NCBI GenBank assembly: GCA_964016885.1
Contig: OZ024741.1
Span: forward strand, 138,136,001-138,200,000
From: Eledone cirrhosa
Lineage: Eukaryota
Direction of reading: 5' to 3'
DNA: 64,000 nt
Made by a program: the position numbers and the translations under genes. The notes beneath the pieces are model-generated. The model did not search any database and was not told the origin of the DNA. It saw only the letters and a list, made by a program, of their open reading frames with translations. Position 1 is the stretch's first letter. Every line of letters begins with the position of its first letter. This document shows positions 12,922-28,200 of this stretch, in pieces.

Positions 12922-13118
12922 CAATTAACACTTAACATTTAATATTCTATCATACTATTTCATTCTAATACCATTATACATTTTAAAGGATTGTAAATAA
13001 AACGAGTAAAACAGACAAAGTTGAATTCCTCTTATTAATATATATATATATATATATATAAGGTTGCACACACAGTCACACAGACACACAGACACAGACA
13101 CAGAGACACACACACACT

Positions 13119-13149
<31 letters not shown>

Positions 13150-13934
13150 GTGCGTGTGTGTGGGTGTGGGTGTGTTAAGTCAATATACCTTTAGATAATT
13201 ATGCGGTAAATAGGCAGTGGAGCTTGTAGATCTTGGAAAATGTATTGAAATTTACAGTTTCTAAATTTCATATCCTGAAACCTATCACACCATTTCATAT
13301 TAATATCATTTCTCCTATATATTAGTCACCTATATATACATCAGCCGTCTGTTGGCTTCAGCTTGGCAACGAATCGTCAATCTGTCATAATTCCTTTCCG
13401 TAGGTTAGTCTATCAGTCATATAGCGGTTTTAGGTTGTTTTCTACACATCAGAACCAGGTTGTTTTCTACACATTTGCCCAGATTGAACATTCATATTCC
13501 CCCTTCACAAATGCCCACCTCAATATATGTGTTCCTTTATTCATTATATTCCCGAACCTACACTTCCTACAAACCTTATCCACCTTATACACCAACATAC
13601 AACATTTTCGCTCCGCATATACACAACATCAAATGACCCCCCCCCCCCCTACACACACACACATACACAACATCATATCCTCATACATACCTCACACGCA
13701 CAACATTAACGAGCCCATACACACATGCACACAACATCACACCACTCACACATTCATCCACATAACAACAACCCCCTCACACATACACCATCATACCCTT
13801 CACACATACGGACAAAACAAACCTCTCACACTCAGACACATATCCACACACACACACAACATGAAACACCTGAACAATATCAAACCCCTCACGCACACGC
13901 ATATATATATATATATATATATATATACAACACA

Positions 13935-14220
13935 CGATCTGAAAGTCATGATTTCGACTCACGGTGGCGCATTGTGTTCTTGAGCAAGACACTTTATTTC
14001 ACGTTGCTCCAGTTCACTCAGCTGGCAAAAATAAGGTGTGCCTTTCATTCGAAGGACCAGCCCCTTGTCCCATTCTGTGTTACGCTGAATCTCCCTGGGA
14101 ATTATGTTAAGAGTACGCGTTTGTGGAATGTTCAGCCGCTTGCACGTTAATTTCACAAGTATGCTGTTCTGTTGATCGGATCAACTGGAACACTTGTCGT
14201 CGTAACCGACCGAGTACCAG
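13935..14220 (+). mobile_element. tRNA-derived SINE, family B (related decayed copy ~26425-26690)
   Basis: B-box-like TTCGACTC followed by TGTGTTCTTGAGCAAGACACTTTATTTCACGTTGCTCCAG core; shared TTGCACGTTAATTTC 3' part. Confidence 0.7.
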
Positions 14221-14272
14221 CTTTTTATGTACTCATACAATAGCACTAGCATACATTATACTAAATACAAGA

Positions 14273-14464
14273 GGGTGGGGTATTGGCAGTATCGGTAGAG
14301 GGTCGGACGCCATACTGTGCAGCATAGAGTTACGGCTCTTTGCAGTCTGAGTTCAAATCACGCCGAGGTTAACTTTGCCTTTCATCCTTACGGGGTCGAT
14401 AAAATAAAGTACCAGTAATTCACTGGGATAATTGCTGGCCTTGTGCCAAAAGTAGAAACAATTA
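14273..14464 (+). mobile_element. tRNA-derived SINE, family A
   Basis: Same A/B boxes and core as 10424. Confidence 0.85.
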
Positions 14465-15289
14465 TACTAAATACAAGAGTTATTGTATGAGGAATGAGTA
14501 ACAAGAAGAATGAGTAAAACGTGTTGACAATTCAGGTGAACATTTTAAGATTAAACTAAATTTTATTAAACCGGAACGTGTCATCTTTATCGCTAGACTA
14601 GAATAATGTTAGAATACACTCCCCACTGAATGAAATAGGTATAATAAACCACAGAGTACTTCCTAAGAACAAAGTGATAAAGTGCGTATTAAAAATAAAA
14701 TTGACAAAGCAGTAATTTCTATTACTGCAATGAAAGACTGATGAAACGGTTTGCTTAAATCATCCGATTGATGTACAACGGACCGGAAAATTTCTTCACA
14801 CAATTTCTCTATAAATATGTTACTTGCTGCGTAGAATCAAACAATTAATTTTACATCCATCGTTGGAAATGTCTATAAAGCCCAACATGAATACATACAT
14901 AATAGTTTGTATGGATATATAGCTAAAGAAAGCAGAAACATCTACATCTTACCTTGTTTCATTTTAATTTGTACCTAGAACAATTGGCATAATTGTCTGC
15001 TAAACATTTTTTCCAATAATGTTCAATTTTGTAAAATAATTCTATATATAACTTTCCGTCTGTGACACAATGTGTGTGAGTGTGTGTGTGTATAAAAGAA
15101 GGAAAGGGGTGGTGAAAAAACTATAGCAAAACAAAAGCTGGCGTTCCATTTGCTATGCTGTGTGTGAGTGTATGTGTGTGTTTGTGTAAGTGTATGTGTG
15201 TGTGTGTTGTGTGAATGTATGTGTATTTCTGTGAATGTATGTCTGTAAGTATGTCTGTGTTTGCACGTTTATATTATATAGTCATATTG

Positions 15290-15478
15290 GGGTGGATTGG
15301 CAGTATCGGTAGAGGGTCGGACGCCCTGCTTTGCAACATAGAGGTACGGCCCTTTACGCTCTGAGTTCAAATCCCACCGAGGTTAACTTTGCCTTTCATC
15401 CTTACGGGGTCGATAAATTAAAGTACCTGTTATGCACTGGGATAATTGCTGGCCTTGGGCCAAAAGTAGAAACTATAT
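15290..15478 (+). mobile_element. tRNA-derived SINE, family A
   Basis: Same A/B boxes and core. Confidence 0.85.
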
Positions 15479-16319
15479 TATATACTCACACATATAAATG
15501 TATTCATATTCAAACACACACATATATACACATACGCGTAAGTATGTTGAAAAAAAAAATTATAGTATATAATAATTCGGCCTGGAGAAAATTCATATAC
15601 CCATGGCGTGAAGACTGACCCAGGTGATTTAGTTGCTGCCATTAGGCATTGCGTACCCCACCCCCAAACACACAAAATAAAAACAACGAACGAAAATTAT
15701 GTACACAAGTAATCTAGAGCGCAGACTCTCTGAGTGAAAAGGGCCATTTATGGTAAATAGTGCATGTACTGGCGAAATTATGGTGATGAGAAACATGTTA
15801 TTGAGGCCTAATAGTCAGGAGGGTGTCTATTTCTGCCCCATTCATGTTTAAGTGGAATATGGAATTTTATAAATGAAGTGGGTTTTGTTTATGCTGTTAA
15901 GTGAGACATTGTTAGAGGATATTATCTAACAGTCTAACATTGTTAGAGGATATTATCGAGGTTTATGTTGAGTGTCAACAATAGCGAGTAAATGAAGGTT
16001 AATATAAATTGGCTACTTGTGTGCATTAGTGGTTTGGGTGGGAAGTAAATTGTTGGTATATATAAATGGGTGGGTGTATAGTATAAAACGAAACTCATGT
16101 GTACATCAGATATGTTATTACGGGGACCGAGAGAGAGCTTGATCAACACATTCCATGGTAGAGTTTAAAAAAATGGGTTAATTCAAGAGACAAGCGAATG
16201 CACTGGATCTGGATTTATGCAAGTTGTTCTTTTGGATCAGAAGAGAAGATGTAAAAGGAAACAGAAGGGTTTAAGGGAGTTGGTGAGAGTTATTTGGGAC
16301 GAGAGGATTTCTTTTAAAC

Positions 16320-17760
16320 ACATGACGTAATACATTGAGACCACATTATGCCCACACATCCACCAACGGCAATATATGTGGTAACACATGGAAACCACAT
16401 TATTGCCACACTTCCCTCAACGGCGATATGTGACGCAACATAGAGAAACCACATTATTCCCATAATCTACCAACGGCTATATATGACGCAATACACCGAC
16501 ACCACATGTTACGCACACACCGGCTGTATATGACGTAACACATGGAAACCCCATTATTCCCACACACTTCCCACAACGGTTATATATGACGTAACACATG
16601 GAAACCACATTATTCCCACAGACTTCCCACACCAGCTATATATGACGACACACATGGAAACCACATTTTGCCCACACTCTTCCCACAACGGCTATATATG
16701 ACGTAACACATTGAACGCACATTTTCTCCACACTCTTCCCACAACGGCTATATATGACGTAACCTATTGAACGGACATTTTCGCCACACTCTTCCCACAA
16801 CGGCTATATATGACGTAACACATTGAACGCACATTTTCGCCACACTCTTCCCACAACGGCTATATATGACGTAACACATTGAACGCACATTTTCGCCACA
16901 CTCTTCCCACAACGGCTATATATGACGTAACACATTGAACGGACATTTTCGCCTACTCTACCCACAACGGCTATATATGACGTAACACATTGAACGCACA
17001 TTTTCGCCTACTCTACCCACAACGGCTATATATGACGTAACACATTGAACGCACATTTTCGCCTACTCTACCCACAACGGCTATATATGACGTAACACAT
17101 TGAACGCACATTTTCGCCACACTCTTCCCACAACGGCTATATATGACGTAACACATTGAACGCACATGTTCGCCTACTCTTCCCACAACGGCTATATATG
17201 ACGTAACACATTGAACGCACATGTTCGCCACACTCTTCCCACAACGGCTATATATGACGTAACACATTGAACGCACATTTTCGCCTACTCTTCCCACAAC
17301 CGCTATATATGACGTAACACATTGAACGCACATTTTCCCCACACTCTTCCCACAACGGCTATATATGACGTAACCCATTGAACGCACATTTTGCCCACAG
17401 TCTTCCCACAACCGCTATATATGACGTAACACATTGAAAATACATTTTCCCCACACTCTTCCCACAGCGGCTATATATGACGTAACACATTGAAAGCACA
17501 TTTCCCCACACTCTTCTTCCCATAACCGCTATATATGACGTAACACATTGAAAGCACATTTCCCCACACTCTTCTTCCCACAACGGCTATACATAACAGA
17601 ATACTTCGAAACCACATTATTCCCACACATCTCCCACAAAGAACATATATATGACGCAATGCACTGAGACGAGATTATGGTCACATTTCACACAACGGCT
17701 ATATATGACGTAATACATGGAAATCCACATTATCTCCACACATCCGCCAACGGCTATAGA
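16320..17760. repeat. 56-bp minisatellite, ~25 units
   Basis: Unit CCCACAACGGCTATATATGACGTAACACATTGAACGCACATTTTCGCCACACTCTT; homogeneous centre, diverged edges. Confidence 0.95.
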
Positions 17761-18214
17761 TAATGAATATAAGATTTCTCTCGTTAATTTTGACATCGAA
17801 TCAATCAGAAATAATCAATAAATTATAAATCGCCTGAGCATCTACAATTGCAAGATATAGTTTTAGGAAAGACTGAATCGTCTTCAGTTGTCAGCGTTAT
17901 ATTACTTTCAGAATTAATAACAAAATGGACTTGGAATTTGAAGTGTGTAATATTGTAATTGTTCGAAATAAAAAATAGAATTATTGTGTTTAATATTTCA
18001 ATGTACTCAACAAACGGTACAAGATAAATTGTATATAATATATATATACAAATATATATATATATATATACATTTATATATATATATATATATATATATA
18101 AGTTGTAAAAAAATGAAAACGAAATTTCATTTCTCACTCTTAGTACGGCATTTACTTAAATGTAAGTATGTGTGTATACGTACATACATATATGTATACA
18201 GACGTACAGTAGCA

Positions 18215-18292
<78 letters not shown>

Positions 18293-18731
18293 TATATATA
18301 CATACAGGTACACATACATATAGGCACGTATCAGTTTAGCGGACGCTTATTATAACGCCGCTTTGTTCGTTTGTAAACAAACTGAACAGCTTGAATTTTT
18401 ATGCCGTACGGTGTTAAGGCAACCACGTCACCTTTTTGTTCAACACTGACACAGGAACAATGTACTAGTTTCAAGCTTCTTAGCTATCATCAGCACCGTA
18501 TACCCATCTGCCAGATAGTTGAACGTTCGAAAGTATATACTTTCCTTATGAAAATTAACGGCTGAGCAGCCTAATTTGCATATCGAGTGAGTTCGGTCAG
18601 GCGTACCGAGAACGATAAGTTGTAATAAAATGAAAACGAAATTTCATTTCTCACTCTCAGTACGGCACTTACTTAAATGTAAGTATGTGTGTATACGTAC
18701 ATACATATATGTATACAGACGTACAGTAGCA

Positions 18732-18804
<73 letters not shown>

Positions 18805-18933
18805 GCATCAGCTTAGCGGACGCTTACTATAATGCCGCTTTGTTCCTTTGTAAACAAACTGAACAGCCTGAATTTTTATGCCGTACGGTGTTAAGACAAC
18901 CACGTCACCTTTTTGTTCAACACTGACACGGGA

Positions 18934-18976
18934 ACGATGTACTAGTTTCAAGCTTGTTAGCTATCATCAGCACCGT
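18934..18976 (-). ncRNA. Minimal type I HHR (representative of the ~470-bp array)
   Basis: ACGGTG-CTGATGA-T AGCT AACA AGCT T-GAAA-CTAG-TA-CATCGT; 6-bp stem I, palindromic stem III ACTAGT, GUA site. Confidence 0.85.
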
Positions 18977-19208
18977 ATACCCATCTGCCAGATAGTTGAA
19001 CGTTCGAAAGTATATACTTTCCTTATGAAAATTAACGGCTGAGCAGCCTAATTTGCATATCGAGTGAGTTCGGTCAGGCGTACCGAGAACGATAAGTTGT
19101 AATAAAATGAAAACGAAATTTCATTTCTCACTCTTAGTACGGCACTTACTTAAATGTAAGTATGTGTGTATACGTACATACATATATGTATACAGACGTA
19201 CAGTAGCA

Positions 19209-19287
<79 letters not shown>

Positions 19288-20169
19288 GTACACATACATA
19301 TATGCACGCATCAGATTAGCGGACGCTTACTATAACGCCACTTTGTTCGTTTGTAAACAAACTTAACAGCCTGAATTGTTATGCCGTACGGTGTTAAGGC
19401 AACCACGTCACCTTTTTGTTCAACACTGACACGGGAACGATGTACTAGTTTCAAGCTTGTTAGCTATCATCAGCACCGTATACCCATCTGCCAGATAGTT
19501 GAACGTTCGAAAGTATATACTTTCCTTATGAAAATTAACGGCTGAGCAGCCTAATTTGCATATCGAGTGAGTTCGGTCAGGCGTACCGAGAACGATAAGG
19601 TGTAATAAAATGAAAACGAAATTTCATTTCTCACTCTTAGTACGGCACTTACTTAAATGTAAGTATGTGTGTATACGTACATACATATATGTATACAGAC
19701 GTACAGTAGCATGCATATATATATATATATACATACAGGTATACATACATATATGCACGCATCAGTTCAGCGGACGCTTACTATAACGCCGCTTTGTTCG
19801 TTTGTAAACAAACTGTACAGCCTGAATTGTTATGCCGTACGGTGTTAAGGCAACCAACCACGTCACCTTTTTGTTCAACACTGACACAGGAACGATGTAC
19901 TAGTTTCAAGCTTGTTAGCTATCATCAGCACCGTACACCCATCTGCCAGATAGTTGAACGTTCGAAAATATATACTTTCCTTATGAAAATTAACGGCTGA
20001 GCAGCCTAATTTGCATATCGAGTGATTTCGGTCAGGTGTACCGAGAACGATAAGTTGTAATAAAATGAAAACGAAATTTCATTTCTCACTCTTAGTACGG
20101 CACTTACTTAAATGTAAGTATGTGTGTATACGTACATACATATATGTATACAGACGTACAGTAGCATGC

Positions 20170-20201
<32 letters not shown>

Positions 20202-20623
20202 ATACATACATATATGCACGCATCAGCTTAGCGGACGCTTACTATAATGCCGCTTTGTTCCTTTGTAAACAAACTGAACAGCCTGAATTTTTATGCCGTA
20301 CGGTGTTAAGACAACCACGTCACCTTTTTGTTCAACACTGACACGGGAACGATGTACTAGTTTCAAGCTTGTTAGCTATCATCAGCACCGTATACCCATC
20401 TGCCAGATAGTTGAACGTTCGAAAGTATATACTTTCCTTATGAAAATTAACGGCTGAGCAGCCTAATTTGCATATCTAGTGAGTTCGGTCAGGCGTACCG
20501 AGAACGATAAGTTGTAATAAAAAGAAAACGAAATTTCATTTCTCACTCTTAGTACGGCACTTACTTAAATGTAAGTATGTGTGTATACGTAGATACATAT
20601 ATGTATACAGATGTACAGTAGCA

Positions 20624-20675
<52 letters not shown>

Positions 20676-21554
20676 GGTACACATACATATATGCACGCAT
20701 CAGCTTAGCGGGCGCTTACTATAACGCCACTTTGTTCGTTTGTAAACACATTTAACAGCCTGAATTTTTATGCCGTACGGTGTTAAGGCAACCACGTCAC
20801 ATTTTTGTTCAACACTGACACGGGAACGATGTACTAGTTTCAAGCTTGTTAGCTATCATCAGTACCGTATACCCATCTGCCAGATAGTTGAACGTTCGAA
20901 AGTATATATTTTCCTTATGAAAATTAACGGCTGATTAGCCTAATTTGCATATCGAGTGAGTTCGGTCAGGCGTACCGAGAACGATAAGTTGTAATAAAAT
21001 GAAAACGAAATTTCATTTCTCACTCTTAGAACGGCACTTACTTAAATGTAAGTATGTGTGTATACGTACATACATATATGTATACAGACGTACAGTAGCA
21101 TGCATATATATATATATATACATACAGGTATACATACATATATGCACGCATCAGTTCACGGACGCTTACTATAACGCCGCTTTGTTCGTTTGTAAACAAA
21201 CTGAACAGCCTGAATTGTTATGCCGTACGGTGTTAAGGCAACCAACCACGTCACCTTTTTGTTCAACACTGACACAGGAACGATGTACTAGTTTCAAGCT
21301 TGTTAGCTATCATCAGCACCGTATACCCATCTTCCAGATAGTTGAACGTTCGAAAGTATATACTTTCCTTATGAAAATTAACGGCTGAGCAGCCTAATTT
21401 GCACATCGAGTGAGTTCGGTCAGGCGTACCGAGAACGATAAGTTGTAATAAAATGAAAACGAAATTTCATTTCTCGCTCTTATAACGGCACTTACTTAAA
21501 TGTAAGTATGTGTGTATACGTACATACATATATGTATACAGACGTACAGTAGCA

Positions 21555-21624
<70 letters not shown>

Positions 21625-21818
21625 CAGGTACACATACATATATGCACGCATCAGCTTAGCGGACGCTTACTATAACGCCGCTTTTTTCGTTTGTAAACAA
21701 ACTGAACAGCCTGAATTTTTATGCCGTACGGTGTTAAGTCAACCACGTCACCTTTTTGTTCAACACTGACACAGGAACGATGTACTAGTTTTAAGCTTGT
21801 TAGCTATCAGCAGAACCG

Positions 21819-22185
<367 letters not shown>

Positions 22186-22332
22186 ATATTTCTTTTTTTA
22201 ACGATCGACTTTCGTCAAATCGGACAAAGGAAACAATGTTTCCGTTGGTCTTTCTAATTGCTTAATACTCTCTATCGGTCGCGACTCCAGGTAGAAGGAA
22301 TATATATATACATTAATATATATATATATATA

Positions 22333-22395
<63 letters not shown>

Positions 22396-22474
22396 TGTAC
22401 GGTTGGAGTGGTATATAAAAATTAATTAAAAGAATAAATCAAAGTGCACAAACCTCCATTATACACATACACAC

Positions 22475-22554
<80 letters not shown>

Positions 22555-22555
22555 G

Positions 22556-22632
<77 letters not shown>

Positions 22633-22633
22633 G

Positions 22634-22678
<45 letters not shown>

Positions 22679-22814
22679 TGGAATAAATGCTCTGAAATAG
22701 CGATATATATGTGAATATAGACATAGAATATTCGAAAATACTCTGTATGTTTATAATAAACATTTTGAAGACCTAATCGCTATAGAATAGAATACGTCAC
22801 GTATTACAATTAGA

Positions 22815-22902
22815 TTCTCGATAAAAGCAAGGGAAGTAATCTACGCGTTTCATTCTCGTTAGAAATCATCAGGACTACATATCCAGTGCTTTTATCGAGA
22901 AT
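22815..22902 (-). ncRNA. Extended type I HHR (also at +310 and +620)
   Basis: Reverse complement of the 23868-23955 motif; cores at 22836, 23146, 23456. Confidence 0.85.
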
Positions 22903-23867
22903 GACACAGCTAGAGACTTATAGAATACTTAGCTGTGTACAGGAACTGGTTTGAAAGAGCGGTTGCCGGTCCGGCAGAAATTAGAAATTGGAATAAATGC
23001 TCTGAAATAGCGATATATATGTGAATATAGACATAGAATATTCGAAAATACTCTGTATGTTTATAATAAACATTTTGAAGACCTAATCGCTATAGAATAG
23101 AATACGTCACGTATTACAATTAGATTCTCGATAAAAGCAAGGGAAGTAATCTACGCGTTTCATTCTCGTTAGAAATCATCAGGACTACATATCCAGTGCT
23201 TTTATCGAGAATGACACAGCTAGAGACTTATAGAATACTTAGCTGTGTACAGGAACTGGTTTGAAAGAGCGGTTGCCGGTCCGGCAGAAATTAGAAATTG
23301 GAATAAATGCTCTGAAATAGCGATATATATGTGAATATAGACATAGAATATTCGAAAATACTCTGTATGTTTATAATAAACATTTTGAAGACCTAATCGC
23401 TATAGAATAGAATACGTCACGTATTACAATTAGATTCTCGATAAAAGCAAGCGAAGTAATCTACGCGTTTCATTCTCGTTAGAAATCATCAGGACTACAT
23501 ATCCAGTGCTTTTATCGAGAATGACACAGCTAGAGACTTATAGAATACTTAGCTGTGTACAGGAACTGGTTTGAAAGAGCGGTTGCCGGTCCGGCAGAAA
23601 TTAGAAATTGGAATAAATGCTCTGAAATAGCGATATATATGTGAATATAGACATAGAATATTCGAAAATACTCTGTATGTTTATAATAAACATTTTGAAG
23701 ACCTAATCGCTATAGAATAGAATACGTCACGTATTACAATTAGATTCACATATATATCGCTATTTCAGAGCATTTATTCCAATTTCTAATTTCTGCCGGA
23801 CCGGCAACCGCTCTTTCAAACCAGTTCCTGTACACAGCTAAGTATTCTATAAGTCTCTAGCTGTGTC

Positions 23868-23955
23868 ATTCTCGATAAAAGCACTGGATATGTAGTCCTG
23901 ATGATTTCTAACGAGAATGAAACGCGTAGATTACTTCCCTTGCTTTTATCGAGAA
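23868..23955 (+). ncRNA. Extended type I HHR (also at +310, +620, +930)
   Basis: TTCTCGATAAAAGCA-ctggatat-GTAGTC-CTGATGA-T TTCT AACG AGAA T-GAAA-CGCG-TA-GATTAC-ttccct-TGCTTTTATCGAGAA; cores at 23892, 24202, 24512, 24822. Confidence 0.9.
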
Positions 23956-24986
23956 TCTAATTGTAATACGTGACGTATTCTATTCTATAGCGATTAGGTC
24001 TTCAAAATGTTTATTATAATCATACAGAGTATTTTCGAATATTCTATGTCTATATTCACATATATATCGCTATTTCAGAGCATTTATTCCAATTTCTAAT
24101 TTCTGCCGGACCGGCAACCGCTCTTTCAAACCAGTTCCTGTACACAGCTAAGTATTCTATAAGTCTCTAGCTGTGTCATTCTCGATAAAAGCACTGGATA
24201 TGTAGTCCTGATGATTTCTAACGAGAATGAAACGCGTAGATTACTTCCCTTGCTTTTATCGAGAATCTAATTGTAATACGTGACGTATTCTATTCTATAG
24301 CGATTAGGTCTTCAAAATGTTTATTATAAACATACAGAGTATTTTCGAATATTCTATGTCTATATTCACATATATATCGCTATTTCAGAGCATTTATTCC
24401 AATTTCTAATTTCTGCCGGACCGGCAACCGCTCTTTCAAACCAGTTCCTGTACACAGCTAAGTATTCTATAAGTCTCTAGCTGTGTCATTCTCGATAAAA
24501 GCACTGGATATGTAGTCCTGATGATTTCTAACGAGAATGAAACGCGTAGATTACTTCCCTTGCTTTTATCGAGAATCTAATTGTAATACGTGACGTATTC
24601 TATTCTATAGCGATTAGGTCTTCAAAATGTTTATTATAAACATACAGAGTATTTTCGAATATTCTATGTCTATATTCACATATATATCGCTATTTCAGAG
24701 CATTTATTCCAATTTCTAATTTCTGCCGGACCGGCAACCGCTCTTTCAAACCAGTTCCTGTACACAGCTAAGTATTCTATAAGTCTCTAGCTGTGTCATT
24801 CTCGATAAAAGCACTGGATATGTAGTCCTGATGATTTCTAACGAGAATGAAACGCGTAGATTACTTCCCTTGCTTTTATCGAGAATCTAATTGTAATACG
24901 TGACGTATTCTATTCTATAGCGATTAGGTCTTCAAAATGTTTATTATAAACATACAGAGTATTTTCGAATATTCTATGTCTATATT

Positions 24987-25102
<116 letters not shown>

Positions 25103-25287
25103 AGTTTGTGTGTGTGAGTGTGTGTGTATGTGTATAATGGAGGTTTGTGCACTTTGATTTATTCTTTTAATTAATTTGTATATACCGCTCCAACTGTAGA
25201 TTTTATTTGCTTTATTAAGGTGGTTTTTTACCACCCATTATCTGACATAATTTATTATGTCTTTCTCTCATTACTATGATTTAACAA

Positions 25288-25460
25288 GGTTGGTGGAATG
25301 GCAGTATCGGTAGATGGTCGGACACCATGCTTTTCAGCATCGTTACGTCCCTTTGCGGTCTGAGTTCGAATCCCACCGAGGTTGAATTTGCCTTTCATCC
25401 TTACGGGGTCGATAAAATAAAGTACCAGTAATGCACTGGTGAATTGATGGCCTTGTGCTG
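25288..25460 (+). mobile_element. tRNA-derived SINE, family A
   Basis: A/B boxes and core. Confidence 0.85.
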
Positions 25461-25579
25461 ATTTAACAAGAGCTCGATCCCTCTTCATGGAGCTGCTTGG
25501 TTCATAGGAGATGATTGTGAGTCTTTAAATTTACATTTTAATTTTATATATATATATAATATATATATATATATAATAT

Positions 25580-25618
<39 letters not shown>

Positions 25619-27559
25619 CATTGTAAAAACCAACATTAGTATTAACAGGATTTCTAATCACAACTGTGGAAAAATGAAATTTTAGATTGCATGTTTATGT
25701 AACTCGAGCTAATCACTTTCTACGACTTTGTGGGGCTCCTTAGAAAGAGAAGCAGATGGACAAGTAAATTATGAATTGAGATATAAGCTCTAGCACGTAG
25801 CACCGTTTGACGGAGGAATCAGGTACACAGTATAACACATTTCATCGAGTCCACGGTACAATACAATCACGCAATAATCCTGCGCAATACTTATATATAT
25901 ATTCAGGGCAATGATGTCATAAATTAATTAAGTATATTAAGTATATTATTTACCTTTGTGTCATTGCCGTGTATTTTGTTTTCGATTAATATAATTGCTT
26001 TACAAGATCACATAGTTTCACAATAGTGTCAGCCAGTATTTGTATAGGATGTACTTGTTTGCTTTATTAGCAATTAAGGTCAGTCTGTCTGTTAGTCCTT
26101 AGTCTGCTGTGTGAAGTATTAGAATGATAAACTTTGTTACATTTCCTGACATCGGAAACACCAAGAACTAATGGTAAACTTCCCTTCTTTCATCACATTA
26201 AAACAATAAATAATTGACATTCAACATTCTACTCAAGTATATATTTGATAGAATCTGACAGCAACAGATAATTCTTGAATTCACTAATTGTATTACTAAA
26301 CATCTATTCTAGAAAAAGTCTGGTATTGGTAAAAATATATTTTGCCCTAAACTTTAAAGCTTTTACGCCAGGGACATTTCATAAATTTTCTTAGAGATTT
26401 CATATAACATTATAATACTATATAGGCGCATGGCATATTAATAAGGGTTTTCAATTGAGGGTCATGAGTTCGAATCTCGGCGCTGAGTTGTGACCTTGAG
26501 TAAGACTTATCACGTTGCACAATTACACTTAAATGAGTTGTACCTAACATTGATCACTCTCCCTGTCACACCAAAGTTTTCATATAACTGTGACAAAGTT
26601 GAATGTGTTTCTTGAATGCGTAATGTACATCCACTTGCATGTTAATTTCCCCTGTAGGCTGTTCCCTTTGTTTGAATAACTGGAACAGTTTTCTACTTTC
26701 CTAGAAATAGGAAAAAAAGAAAATTATGTTTACTTTTGTTTTTCCATTGCTGATACTATCCGCCTATGATACTTTTTCGCAGAATCACTACCACTTCTCT
26801 GATAACAGGAAGGGGTATCTGAATTAACATACTACAGATTATTACAATAGTTACCGACCCAGAAGAGATGAAAGGCAAATCAACCTAGGTAGGGTTAGAA
26901 ATCAAAGCATCGAGACATTTAAAAGAATGTCCTAACAGCCGAGTGAAATATTAAATTCTGAAAGTTCTTATTCTTATCAAACTACAAATTCTAAATCAAT
27001 ATATTTTCTTCTCTACCTGACCTCGCTTATTTTACTATATCAGATTAAATGAAGTGTATCATGAGGCTGAATTTCTCTCTATAACAAACTATGTTACTGC
27101 GATATATAAATTAAAGGGTGGGGTGGGTGTAACTTTTAACAGAGGAATATATATCTCATATAATTAAGACAACCACCGCTGTTTTAGTGATTAGTTGAGC
27201 ATAATTTTAGAAACAACACTTATCATGATTTTGAATCTCAAAATGACATAACGATAGGCGCTAGAATGTTTGAAAATGTATTTATTAAAGTAGTAAAATG
27301 AATAATAAAAAAAACCCGGATTTATCCTACGTGGTGATCAGTCCAACTACAGTGTTGGTAGGAATTGATTAATTCTGTTTGGCAGGGGTATTCGCTGACA
27401 AAGGGTGATATATCCCAAACCAACTTCGAATAAAAAGAAGCCATAATATTCTTTTCGAAAATGTCAAATTCTACGAAAGATACATTGATCATTATACAAA
27501 CTACATATCGCACTCACAGCACCTTGTAAATGTCCTGTTCAATGTTTATGGCGAGCCGA

Positions 27560-28200
27560 ACAACCAAAGGTTTTTGGGCACATATAAATAAAGTTAACAT
27601 AAAATCTGATGCCACCAGTAAAGATACCTGAACAACTGTTGCAAGTGCAAGTGCAAAATTATACAATAACTAGTTTACTAAAATGTCTATCTGGTATTGA
27701 CCATTTCTGGCATGAACATTAATCACCGCTGAATAAAACAATACACAGCAATGAAAACACAGACTTGTCAATTGTATAGTGTACTCGAAAACCGCGGAGG
27801 TAGAGCTTAACCAAAATCTTTTCTTCAAATCATAGATCACTATAATTGATTGTGCCAAATGATGCTGTTTAGAGTAAATAAAACTTGTACTTAATTTACG
27901 ACGGGCTCCAAAATCTGAGATATCGCAGTTATGAAAGATCCCACCTGACAAAAGCAATAGGGACAGCAAAATAAAAATGATGGAGTACAGAGTTAAAGTT
28001 TTAGTATATTTGTCGGTGTGGGAGTAGAGCTTCAATTACTATAGCAGCGGCTGTGTGAAGAAACATCGAGTCTGTTTACAAATGTACTCTGTTATTCAGT
28101 CTGATATACGTGAACAGTCTACCGAGAAAGTAGTAGTAGAATTGTTTGGTGTTCAATATCTGTCAGAGAGACCAAATCATCAGCTTTCATAACATAGGGA
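27560..28200 (-). pseudogene. Possible decayed multi-pass membrane protein segment
   Basis: 121-aa ORF 27670-28035 with hydrophobic runs; hydrophobic reading continues past stops; family not established. Confidence 0.2.

Larger units (their letters stand above)
12655..13042. mobile_element. ~390-bp near-perfect palindrome carrying an HHR on each arm
   Basis: Centre CAATTTTCAAC-A-GTTGAAAATTG at ~12850; arms differ at a few sites. Confidence 0.8.

Noticed and set aside
13363-13983. 206-aa His/Thr-rich ORF
   Set aside because: Degenerate CA-rich low-complexity sequence
14738-14775. Isolated CTGATGA (also at ~28178, 32213, 49907, 60825)
   Set aside because: No stem II followed by GAAA and no stem I pairing
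16320-17760. CRISPR-like periodicity
   Set aside because: Whole units repeat with no unique spacers, there are no cas genes, and the context is eukaryotic
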